From NCBI RefSeq assembly GCF_009914755.1, contig NC_060938.1: 64,000 nucleotides of DNA, one strand, 5' to 3'. A program made the position numbers and the translations under genes. Source of the DNA: the human T2T-CHM13v2.0 reference genome, Homo sapiens. Shown here piece after piece: positions 1-12,200 of the stretch. Under the pieces are notes generated by a model. That model ran no database searches. It worked only from the letters and a program-made list of their open reading frames with translations, and was not told the DNA's origin. The stretch's first letter is position 1. The number at the start of each line of letters is the position of its first letter.

Positions 1-30
1 TTTGAGATAATTTTTACTATAAGTTTAGAA

Positions 31-572
31 CTAGAAATACCATTTGACCCAGCAATCCCATTACTGTGTATATACCCAAAGGATTATAAATCATGCTGCT
101 ATAAAGACACATGCACATGTATGTTTATTGTGGCACTATTCACAATAGCAAAGACTTGGAACCAATCCAAATGTCCAACAATGATAGACTGGATTAAGAA
201 ATTGTGGCACATATACACCATGGAATACTATGCAGCCATAAAAAATGATGAGTTCATGTCCTTTGTAGTGACATGGATGAAGCTGGAAACCATCATTCTG
301 AGCAAACTATCACAAGTACAGAAAACCAAACACCGCATGTTTTCACTCATAGGTGGGAATTGGACAATGAGAACACTTGGACACAGGGCGAGGAACATCA
401 CACACTGGGGCCTGTAGTGAGTTGGGGGCATGGGGGAGGGACATCATTAGGAGAAATACCTAATGTAAATGTCAAGTTAATGGGTGCCGCAAAGCAACAT
501 AGCACATGTATACATATGTAACAAACTGCATGTTGTGCACATGTACCCTAGAACTTAAAGTAAATAAAAAAA
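31..572 (+). mobile_element. 5'-truncated L1PA (about L1PA5-7): ORF2 C-terminus, 3'UTR and A-tail
   Basis: ORF 121-417 reads L1 ORF2 C-terminus (MFIVALFTIAKTWNQSKCPTMIDWIKKLWHIYTMEYYAAIK). Ends gtaccctagaacttaaagtaaataaaaa. TSD ataagtttagaa at 19-30 and 573-584. Confidence 0.95.
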
Positions 573-599
573 ATAAGTTTAGAATTATATGTGAAACAT

Positions 600-2290
600 T
601 GACATGCCCATTTGTTGAAAAAGGCTTCCATGTATCTATTGAATTACCTATACATCTTTGTCAAAAATCTATCAACCACATGCATGTGGCTCATTTTATG
701 AATAATCTGCATTGTTCCATTGATAAATTATTCAATGGCTATGCCAATACCATGCTGACTTGATTATTGAAGCCTTGTAATAAGCCTTTCAGTCACGTAG
801 TACAAGCCTTCCAGCTTTATTCTTATTTTTCAAAAAATGTGTAGCTCTTCTAGGCTCTTTGCATTTTCACAGAAATTTTATAATCAACTTGTTAATGGGA
901 TTCTACAAAAATAAGCTTCCTATGATTTTTGATTGGTGTTAAGTTTAATTCATATATCAATCTAAGGATAAATGACATCTTTATAATATTGTCTTCAGAT
1001 ATATTACATATATCTTTACATAATTATTTGTCTTCTTCAACTTCTCTTAACTTTACTTTGTATTTTTCTCTCTATAGATCTTGAACATTTTTTGTTGATT
1101 ATATCTCCCAGCATTTCATATTTCTGATTCTGTTGTAGGTCGTAATTTTTATATCTATGGTTGAATATATGTTCTTAGTATATACAAGTTAAATTCATTT
1201 TTCTAGCTTAATCTTATATTTTGAAACTTTGCTAACATTATTTATTCTAGAAGTTTATTTTGTAGATTCTGTAGGATTTTCTATACAAATGTTCACATCT
1301 TCTGCAAGTGGAGATTTAGTTCTTCCTTTCAAAACTGAATAAATTTTACTTATTTTTCTGGCCTTATTACATTGTCTAAAACCTCTTGTACAGAGTTGAA
1401 TATAAGTGAATACAGCAATTATCCATCCCTTACCCCTGGTTTTAGGGTAAAAGCATTAAGTATTTCATGATTAAATATGAGATTAGCTGTAAATTTATTT
1501 GGAGATGCCCTTACTCAGACAGAGAAAAACCCATTATATTCTGAATTTACTAAGCTATATCATCAGGAATGAATTTTCTAAATGCTTTTTCTGCATCTGT
1601 TGGGATGACAGTATGTTTTGTTTGGTTTAGTCTGTTTATACGGTGAATTATGTCACGATAATTATTGTCTTATCTGTTTCTATTTGATGTTTTGTCAATT
1701 TTTGTTTTATTTATTTGATGCTTCAGCTTTAAGTACACATCAGTTTGGATTATTTGGTCCTCTTAAAGAATTTGACAACTTTGATTATTAACCTTGGCAA
1801 TATTCTTTCCTCATACATCTACTGTATTTCATATTAATAATGTTACTTTGATTTTCTTTTGATTAATGTTAGAATGGAATTTTTCTGTTTTACTTTAATT
1901 TTATTTCAGTCTTTATATTAGGTTGAATTTCTTATTAACAGCATATTAATAGGTCTTTCTTTTTTATCAAAACTAACAATCTTTTACATTGAATTTTGTT
2001 TGTGGTTTTTAGTAGTTATTTTAGGTTTTATACTATTCATTTTTATCACTGTCTACTTTTAAGTACTATATTCACCTCATGAATATAAGAGCCTTATAAT
2101 AGTAGATTCCCATTTTCCCAACTCATATTATGGGCTACTATTGTCACATATTTTATTTTATGTATATTATATGCTACATTGTGGGCTATTTCTCACTTAA
2201 AGGATTAGCTTTAAGAAGATTGAAATTTAAGAAAAAGTATTTTATACTCATCCACATATTCAGTTTCTGGTATTATGTATTTCTTTGCAT
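600..2290 (-). mobile_element. Old L1M (L1MD/L1ME-like) ORF2 fragments
   Basis: T-rich antisense L1 ORF2 motifs such as tttgtagattctgtaggattttctatac and aaatgctttttctgcatct. Boundaries approximate. Confidence 0.7.
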
Positions 2291-2294
2291 AGAA

Positions 2295-3875
2295 TTTCAA
2301 TCTTAGGTATATCTCTAAAAGAATTGAAAACAATTGTTCAAACAAAAACTTATACACAGACATTTATAGCTGTGTTATTCATAATAGACAAAGGTGGAAA
2401 CTACCAAAATGTCCATTAATTAATGAATGATAAACAAAATGTGGTATATCTATACAATGTAATATTGTTTAGCCATAAAAAAGAACAAAATACTAAAGAA
2501 CCTTGAAAACATTATGATAATTAAAATTATCAAACAAACAAAGAAGTTCATGTGTTGCGGAAAGTCAGGGACCCCAAAGGGAGGGACCGGCTGAAGCCAT
2601 GGCAGAAGAACATAAATTGTGAAGATTTCATGGATGTTTATTAGTTCCCCAAATTAATGCTTTTATAATTTCTTACACCTGTCTTTACTGCAATCTCTGA
2701 AAATAAATTGTGAAGATTTCATGGACACTTATCACTTCCCCAATCAATACCCTTGTGATTTCCTATGCCTGTCTTTACTTTAATCTCTTAATCCCGTCAC
2801 CTTCATAAGCTGAGGAGGATGTATGTCGCCTCAGGACCCTGTGATGATTGCGTTAACTGCGCAAATTGTTTGCAGAGCATGTGTGTTTGAACAACATGAA
2901 ATCTGGGCACCTTGAAAAAAGAACAGGATAACAGCAATGTTCAGGGAACAAGGGAGGTAACCTTAAACTCTGACTGCCAGTGAGCCAGGCAGAACAGAGC
3001 CATATTTCTCTTCTTTCAAAAGCAAATGGGAGAAATATCACTGAATTCTTTTTCTCAGCAAGGAACATCCCTGAGGGGAGGCCTCTAAAATGACCGCTTT
3101 GGGGGTGGCTGTCTTTCATGGTCATAGCACTCCCAGGCTTATTAGGACAAGGAAATTCTCACCTAATAAATTTTGGTCAGACCAGTTGTCTGCTCTCAAA
3201 CCCTGTCTCCTGATGAGATGTTATCAATGACAATGTGTGCCCGAAACTTCATTAGCAATTTTAATTTTGCCCTGGTCCTGTGGTCCTGTGATCTTGCCCT
3301 GCCTCCATTTACCTTGTGATATTTTATTACCTTGTGAAGCATGTGATCTCTGTGACCCACACCCTATTCATACACTCCCTCCCCTTTTGAAAATCAGTAT
3401 TAAAAACTTGCTGGTTTTACAGCTCAGGGGGCATCATGGAACCTGCCAACATGAGATGTCTCCCACGGACACCCAGCTTTAAAGTTTCTCTCTTTCGTAC
3501 TCTGTCCCTTTATTTCTCAGACCAGCCAACACTTAGGGAAAATAGAAAAGAACCTACGTGAAATATCAGGGCTGAATTTCACCCAATATCCATGTAATCT
3601 ACAATTGTGTTTACATAAAATGTAAAAACTTTAGCAAATTTATAGAGACAGAAAGCAGGTTGGTATTTGCCTACAGATTGCAGGGTGGAAGAACAAATGG
3701 AGAGTGGCTGTGTAATGAGTTATGGCTTACTTTTGAGCTTATAAAATGTTCTAGAACTAGATAGTAATTATTATTTGAACAATGTGGTGAATATTCTTAA
3801 TAACACTAAATTATACACTTTTAAATGGTTACAATGGTCTATTTTATGAAATGTGCATTTTACCATGATAAAAAA
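2295..3875 (+). mobile_element. L1MB-type 3' end, interrupted by MER11 at 2553-3588
   Basis: aaacaaaatgtggtatatctatacaatg...aaccttgaaaacattatg on the left continues as atagagacagaaagcagg...ttaccatgataaaaaa on the right. Confidence 0.8.
2553..3588 (+). mobile_element. MER11 (MER11B/C-like, HERV-K HML-8) solo LTR
   Basis: Starts tgttgcggaaagtcagggacccc and ends gaaatatcagggctgaatttcacccaata. Internal repeat ataaattgtgaagatttcatgga at 2612 and 2703. 6-bp TSD ttcatg (2547-2552) / tccatg (3589-3594). Confidence 0.93.
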
Positions 3876-4933
3876 TAGCTTGATATCCTGATTATAGTCT
3901 CATTATAATTTTCCCCTTTTTTTCAAGAATATTATGGAATATAAATTTAAGAAACTATGCTATAGCAATTTTCTCCATCCATCCATGTACCACTTAATTT
4001 CAGAGAATTTATTGGTATACATACAAACTTGGAAGTCCTTTGTCTGGCTGGTTAATTTTATAAATGAAGAAAATGCTCTGAAGACACTAGAAAATATAGA
4101 TGGTAGAATAAGGACAAGAATTCAGGACTCCTGACCCCAAGATTGTTGTTGTCAGTACTATAAAATCCTGCTTCACATTAGCAAAAACAATTTGCATATA
4201 GAGACTTTTACATTATGGGAAAATCTTATTGATTGATTCCCCATTTTATCTGATGCATTTATAAATTGTATTTGTTACAACTAAGTTAATAAATGAGAAG
4301 AATGAAGAAAATGAGGGAATATTTAGTAAAATTAGGTAGGAAAGATAAGATCAATGCATATCATAAGTTCATATGTATTTTCTAAAGGTAGGCTGAAAAT
4401 GAAACACATAGAGCTCATATATGTATCTGAGTCTTCTAGAATTCAAATAAAGACAGATGTGCGTGCGTGTGATGGTTAACATTTATTATATACTGGGTGG
4501 AACTATTAATAACAATGAGACTTGAGAAATATTTTCTTTTATGCATCCCAATTAACTGACACTATGTAATATAGGGAACAATGCATTATTCCCATGTTTT
4601 TCAATGTTGTTATAGCATGTTCTTCTTTCATCTATTATTTCTAAAATTTGTAATATTTTAATACCATTTTCTGTAAACTATAAGACAATATCATAACCCC
4701 AGGTTGGAAAAATAGCTTTACGTTTATTATATATTTAGCAGAGAAAATTTGGAGAAAATAAGTATAAGCACCTCTAATTTTAATGCTCCCCACAAAAAAA
4801 AACATAAAAAGGAATTTATTTATAATTACATAGTATATAAAATGTCATACCTTAATTCCTTATTTTATGTTCTTTTCACATAATATTGTAACATCAGCAT
4901 TTTCCACATAGGCATGGGCATTAAATAATTGTT

Positions 4934-5133
4934 TTTTCGTTAATTTTTTTTTTTTTTTTGCTCTTGTTTTTGTTTTGAGATAGGGTGTAGTTTCTCAGGC
5001 TGGAGTGCAGTGGTCCAGTCCCAGTTCACTGCAACCTCTGCCTCCCAGGCTCAAGAGATCCTCCTACTGTTTTCTCCTGAGTAGCTAGGACTAAAGGCAC
5101 ACACCATGATACCTGGCTAATTTGTTATGACTA

Positions 5134-5177
<44 letters not shown>

Positions 5178-5298
5178 TTGTAGAGACAGGGTTTCACCAT
5201 CTTGCCAAGGCTGGTCTTGAATACCCAGGCTCAAGGTATCTGCCCTTCTCAGCCTCCCAAAGTACTGGGATTACAGTCACAAGCCACCATGTCCAACC
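4934..5298 (-). mobile_element. AluJ with (ATT)n expansion in the middle linker
   Basis: caggctggagtgcagtgg...ctcccaggctcaag...tgggattacagtcacaagccacc. Degenerate TSD taaataattgttt / taaacagttgttt. Confidence 0.9.
5136..5177. repeat. (ATT)n microsatellite
   Basis: About 13-14 ATT units read directly. Confidence 0.95.
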
Positions 5299-5750
5299 TC
5301 TAAACAGTTGTTTAATGACTGCATTGTAGTCTACACAGCAAGTTTACACTTACACATAACGAACTTCCTATTGGTAGACATTTTACAAATTATTACTTTC
5401 AATTTTTCAGTATTATACATAATAATGAAATGAGAACTCAGCAACCTCATTTAAAATATTAAGCACTGTTTCCTTAGGCTAGAATAATGTCAAACTATAC
5501 AAACTTCTTTTTAGATTCTTGATGTATGTTTAAATTTTGTTTTCAAAAGAACTGTGTTAATTTACAGCCCCAACAGTAATGTCTGAGATTTTTCATCTCT
5601 CTACATTCTCTATTATAGTGAATAGTAACTTTATTTAATCACTTATTTTGACAGATAAAATGATGAATACATTTATTGAAATACTAATGAGACAGAATTT
5701 TTCTTCTATCCTATTAAATAATTATTTATTCTTATTTTTATAGCTACTTT

Positions 5751-6232
5751 TGATGCAAGACAGGCAAGCCCAAAATTGTGGCTCAGCCAGGAAGGGTTCT
5801 TGGCTTCACCCAGGAAAGAATTCAAGGGTTAGTTGGTGGTGTTAGCAACTTTTGTTGAAGCAGCAGTACACAGCAGCAGCAAAGACACTGCTCCCTGTGG
5901 AACAAGGCTACCCCATAGGCAGTGTGCCCAGAATACCAGCTCAGAGGCAGTTCTATAATCATATTTATATCCACTTTTAATTAGAAGCAAATTAAAGAGC
6001 AGATTATGAGAAAATTCTAGAAAAAGGGTGGTAATTTCTGGGTCATTGGGTCATTTTCATGGGAAGCGGTGGTAACTTTGCAGAGCTGCCATGGCAGTGG
6101 TAAACTGACATGGCACACTAGTGGGCTTGTCTTATGGAGAGATGCTTTCATCTCTTCCCTGTTTCAGCTAATCCTGAATCTGGTCTAGAGTCTGAGCCCT
6201 GCCACTGGAGTCAAATCCCATCTTTTTCCTCA
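5751..6232 (-). mobile_element. MER66-type LTR (3' LTR)
   Basis: Contains ctaccccataggcagtg and gtaaactgacatggcacact, shared with 11120-11608. Followed by ctcttccctt (minus-strand PPT aagggaagag). Confidence 0.85.
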
Positions 6233-6966
6233 CTCTTCCCTTAGAAATTAGATATTTTTCTTTAATCTTAAGGGGGCTGTAGAAGGGTGGAGTTTCATTT
6301 TCTGTAACTACTCCCTACTGATTTTATAGGCACAGGCTCTGCCTAGCACTGGAGGAGTAAAAGTCTCTGGATACCTGATCTAAGGGGCCAAGAGGCAGGA
6401 CATATTTATTCTCTGGGTCACTAGACAGGATAGGTTGGAAGCCTCATGCCAGCATTGTCTTTACCTGGAACTACTGTAATCTAGATGACACAAATTTTTT
6501 TAAGAGATTAAAGAGGCAAAGGCCAAAGATTAGTAATAACACAGGACAGGTATTAAAGATACTGGACAGAAAAAAAAAAAGTGAGATTTGGGAAGGCACT
6601 TTTGATAGTAGACCAGATATAGTTGGGGTCAGTTCCCTGCACACAGCTATGTAACAAGGTAGCTTGCTTATAGATCTTTGGAATATTAACCTCAACCTGT
6701 ACAGAGTTGTTCAGCAGTTTTATCAATAACTGCTCAGAATCCTATGTGTATAGATAGTAAATAATCCAACACTATCTGTTATCAAGAGCTACATTTGCCA
6801 AAGTAACCAGAGATCTTGAATTCTCTTTAATGCTTGACCTGTGTTGGTGGCTCAAGATTCCAGGGTTTGAGTTAAGTTTTCTTAGGGTTGGCTCATGATA
6901 GGCAAATGCCTCAGTGTGCCACTAGTGCTGTGGCTGCCCCAGTTCCTGCCAGAATTAATCCTATTC

Positions 6967-7763
<797 letters not shown>

Positions 7764-8559
7764 TGATATACAAGGGAAAGCTCCTCCTACGGCGGCTCCC
7801 CAGGGAGTCAAGTGTGGTTATGGGGTATGACCTCTTCCTATTTATGGCCATAAACAATGAGCTCAGATGGGGCACAAATAGAGGCCCTATATGGCACAAT
7901 GTCTATCCATTGCTCCCAAATTAGGTCTATAGAGATATTCTTTTCCTGTTCCAATGAAGGGGCCAAACAATCGATTTTTTCAGAAGGGAGCAGTACTTTC
8001 ACCTTTTGAGACTAGGCTGTTGTTCTAATGCAGAAGAAGGCACCATATATGGTCTCCTCACTTGCACGTGGAATCCCATTTGCCTTGCTGCAGCCTTAGG
8101 AAGTAGGCAACTCGACTTGGATAAGAGCATTTCAGAGAAATTTCTGCTTTTGTGTCATTAACACAGCAGTAGGTGCAAAAGATAGAATCATTAGTGCAGT
8201 GGAGATTTAGATACCCAACTTCCTAGGTCCTGGTAATACTGGTAGGGGGTGGAGTGTGGTTATGTAAAATCCGTTAAGTGGTGAAAAGTTCTTCCTAACA
8301 AACAGGGGTTTGTTGGACTAGCATCACATAAAGAAGGGAGGGGGTAAATGCAGTGCTCAAGGGGAGACCCCAGAGTTCCCAAGCTGCCAGACAGCTCACC
8401 CAGCAGTGGAGACACTGAAGAAAATTGTTCAGATAGCTGCTCGTCTGCTACTGCAGGAAGGTATACATAGGGTCAAGAGTCCAAGACCCCCTGTAAAGTT
8501 CCTTGAGAAAGGCAGCTCTTTAGAGCTAGTTGAAGAAGGTTAGTCCTTAAATTGATGCG

Positions 8560-9905
8560 GAGCTTTTCTCTCTCTTTCACTGGGACAGTTAAGACATTAT
8601 CATTGTCAATGGCCTTATAATATTTTACTTCGAGTAAAATGGTTGTAGTGTTTTACTTAGAGTAGGCACATTGATTCTGGCCCAGGGGCTAGAGAGACAG
8701 GGGCTCTTGTCTGGGCATCTCAGATGCTGATCTCACGACTTTCTCAAGATGGGTAACCCTGAGTGGCGAGGGTGCTTAAAGTATTTGCTAATAGTTGCTT
8801 TTTAATTTTTTTTTTTTTTTTTTTTGCTATTTATTTTCACCTCTTTTGCTCTGTCCTTGTTATTTTGAACTTTAAAGGCCACATTTAAGAGTTGGCTCAT
8901 AGGAGTTTGAGATCCCATTGTTGATTTTTGTAGCTTCCTCCTAATGTCAGGGGCACATAGAGTAATAAAACATATACCCAGGAGAACTTGCCCTTCTGGG
9001 GAGTCTGGGTCTGCATTAGTATATTTCCTGAGTGCCTCAACTAAATGACCCTGAAACAGAGTGTAATTTTCGTCTTTTCCTTGAGTTATTTCTCTAACCT
9101 TGTCATAGCTGACTGGCTTGGCCACATAATTTTTCCTCCATGTTTTTCCCACAACACAGCAAGATGAGAATATTTGTAAGTCACGACAAGTTAAAGAACA
9201 TGATCAACTTAACAAACTCCTCTATAAACTTTTCTGTATTCTCTGAAAAATGGCTAAATTTCTTCTTGTATAAAGCCAAATTAGACATAGAAAATGGCAC
9301 ATGTGCTCTATGTGTTTCCTCATTTTCATCAGCTACCTGCTGCAATGGACACAGGTCACAGGTTTGACTTTAAGGGCTTATATGGGGGCCTCACTTCTGG
9401 TGGTACTGGTTGAGTTTACTTTCTTGCACAGCAGGGGTTATAGTCTGGGGCTAGTTGGTAAAGGGGGGCAGGGGACTGCCTGATGACCTTGGGGTGGAAT
9501 CCTTCATTAGAGAACTGGCAGGAACCACCTCAGAACTGGAGGATTGAGAAGACTGTGGGGAGACCATAGGCTTTCTAGGGGAAGCAGCTAGGAGGAAATC
9601 CCTTAGGTTCAGCTTCCTTGTGCCTGGATGTAATGTGGACCAGTAAAGGACCATAACAGCCTGTACATAAGGGACCTCTTCCCATTTTCTTTCATTTTTA
9701 CAGAATAAGTCCAATTGCAAAATATCATTATAATGTATAGAAACATGTTTAGGCCAAATCTACTGGTTTTCTAATTTGTATTGAACCTAAATAGTGTTGG
9801 AACAGAAAATGAGTTTCATTTTCTTTAAGCCAAATTTGAATATGCTTCAATAGCCTAAAAGACACCCTAGTGATGAGTCCTCTGGGATGCTCATCATTGT
9901 CCCCA
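8560..9905 (-). pseudogene. Decayed gammaretrovirus-like gag (MA, CA with MHR, broken NC knuckle)
   Basis: ORF 9451-9720 QLDLFCKNERKWEEVPYVQA (MA). VPFSMSNLALYKKKFSHFSENTEKFIEEF near 9200-9300 (CA N-terminus). ORF 8802-9152 KPVSYDKVREITQGKDENYTLFQGHLVEALRKYT...APDIRRKLQK (MHR). PLGQNQCAYSK near 8655-8690 (NC). Confidence 0.92.
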
Positions 9906-11099
9906 TGTCTAAAAAGGATTTCTACTGGACACAGAAGTGTTTCTAGGTCTAGTGAGAAGGAAAGCAACTATACACCCTTGCTATTTTTCCCTTTAAGATT
10001 CTCACTTCTTGCAGAGAATGTATAAGTATAGGTAATGGGATGTTACTAAAGTGTATTATAAGCTTTTGCCAGTGAACTAAGTATGACAAAAGAAGTAATT
10101 TTATTAAGCAAAATGTAGAAGTTGATAAGAAAAGATAATGCTGTTACAGAAAATGATAACTTTAGGGCAGAAAACCAGAAAAGAAAAGACCAAGAGACCC
10201 CAAGGGGAGGCCTTCAACCCACAATCCTAGAAGGAATGGCATTGCCAAAAGCCCCGAAGCATCAGGGAGACAGGGGAAGGCAGCCAACAATACCAAATGC
10301 CAAAACTCTGGAATACCCTAGTATCAACCAATGAGGGTCCCCACATCACATGCCGGAAACTCCAAAGTGTCCGGGAGCCAACCAAATGCTGAAAACTCTG
10401 GAGCACACAGGTGTGGACCACAGTGAACCCAAAAGGCCTGATTGGGACCACAGAACCATGTGACTTTGTTGTTCCAGAGTCAACACAACGGGGGACTTCT
10501 CACAACAAATTGTCCTATCTTAAACAAACAAGGATGTCCTTGGGGCACTCAAACAATAGGGGACATTGACCACTTAGCCAAAGGGTTTTATCCCACAGCG
10601 TACCAGATACTGTGGGAGAGTGAAAAGCAGAGGGGACACTCACCCATCCACAGGAGCCAAATGAGGCTGACCGTCTTCCACATGGGACCCAGTTGAACAT
10701 CTCTCCAGGTTTTCTCAGCTTGGGAGGGATGGACAGGCACAGTGGGAGTTGGGAGACAGTGTGGAGACCAGCTACCTGCCTGCCTGCTGGTAGAAGCAGC
10801 AGCTCCCACATGAAGTGGCAGTGCTATGACTCCACTGCCCACCGAAATGATGATGGCTCTTAAAAGAGACTTTGACTAGTGTTACAGCTCTGTAGTGTTA
10901 GTAACTCCTTATTGTTGCGGTTGCAGTCTCAGTGTCATAACTGCAGATTTTGATCACCTTCTTGCTTTCTCTGGTCAATTGCTGCCTCTTACTATCTCAC
11001 CATCCCATTGACCACTGTCTAGCCACTTATCGCTGTCTGTCTGTCCCACCTACTGCCACATCTCTGTTTCTTTCCAATTGCCACCTCTCTGGCTTTCTT

Positions 11100-11117
11100 C
11101 ATCTTTCATGGTAGCCA
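11100..11117 (-). promoter_or_regulatory. Primer-binding site, decayed, tRNA-Arg-like
   Basis: Minus strand reads TGGCTACCATGAAAGATG 2 nt inside the 5' LTR. It resembles the Arg-type PBS TGGCGACCACGAAGGGA with changes at CpG sites. Confidence 0.6.
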
Positions 11118-11119
11118 AA

Positions 11120-11608
11120 TGGTGCAAGGCAGATGTGGCCTAAAATTGGGGATTAGCCAGAAGTGTTATTGGCTTCATCCAGGAAAGAATTCCAGTGCGA
11201 GCTGGTGATGTTAGACAGCAACTTTTACTAAAGCAGCTATATACAGTAACAAACAGAGGTATTGCTCCTTGCAAAGCAGGGCTACCCCATAGGCAGTGTT
11301 CCCAGAGTAGCAGCAGCTCACAGACAGTTCTGCAGTCATATTTATACCCACTTTAATTATATGCAAAGTAAGGGACAGATTATGCAAAATTTTATTTAAA
11401 AAGGGTGGTAACTTTCAGATCATCACATCATTGTCATGGAAAAAAATAGTAACTTGGGGAGTTGCAATGGCAAATGTAAACTGACATGGCACACTGGTGG
11501 GTGTGTCTTACAGAGAGGGGCTTTTGCCTCTTCTCTGTTTCAGCTAGTACTCAACCTGGTCCAGTGTCCAAGCCCCACCTCTGGAGTGGAATCCGACTTC
11601 CTACCTCA
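11120..11608 (-). mobile_element. MER66-type LTR (5' LTR)
   Basis: Minus strand starts tgaggtaggaagtcggattccactccagagg. Colinear with 5751-6232. Confidence 0.85.
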
Positions 11609-11813
11609 CTTGGTCTTATCTGTTTCCTTTAGAGTAATCCCTTAATTTTATTGTCAACATATATAATAGCAGTTTCCTGGTTCATAGTTAGCTATTCGAA
11701 TTTGGATATATAATTCAACTTACATGTACACATGCTTAGAGAAATGGACACAATGAACAAGTGGAACTTCTCATGTGCAATCAGAAAGCAAGGCTAATTC
11801 TTACCTGGCCTAC

Positions 11814-12200
11814 GGATATGGTTTGGCTCTGTGTCCCCACCCAAATCTCATCTCCAGTTGTAATCCCCATGTGTCAGGGTAGGAACCTGGTGGGACGTGA
11901 TTGGATCATGGGGGTCATTCCCCCATGCTATTCTCATTATAGTAGTGAGTTCTCATGAGATATAGTGGTTTAAAAGCATGTGGTGGTTTCTCTCTGTGTG
12001 TGGGGGGGGAGAGGGGTGCCTCTCTCTCTCCTGCCACCATGTAAGATGTGCCTTGCTTCCCCTTTGCTTTCCAACATTATTGTAAGTTTCCTAAGGCCTT
12101 CTTGGCCATGTGGGACTGTGAATCAATTATACCTCTTTTCTTTATAAATTACCTAGTCTCAGGTAGGTCTGTATAGTAGTGTGAAAACAGACTACCCCTA
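11814..12200 (+). mobile_element. THE1D-like solo LTR
   Basis: gatatggtttggctctgtgtccccacccaaatctca...ctttataaattacctagtctcagg. TSD cctac on both sides. Confidence 0.9.

Larger units (their letters stand above)
4740..5745 (-). mobile_element. Degenerate L1ME-type 3' fragments hosting an AluJ
   Basis: Motifs ttaatgactgcattgtagtct and ttcctattggtagacatttt resemble antisense L1ME 3' sequence. Confidence 0.45.

Noticed and set aside
8802-9152. 116-aa Gag ORF as a functional CDS
   Set aside because: It is a fragment with a capsid deletion upstream, ends in a poly(A)-derived Lys run, and adjacent gag parts are in broken frames.
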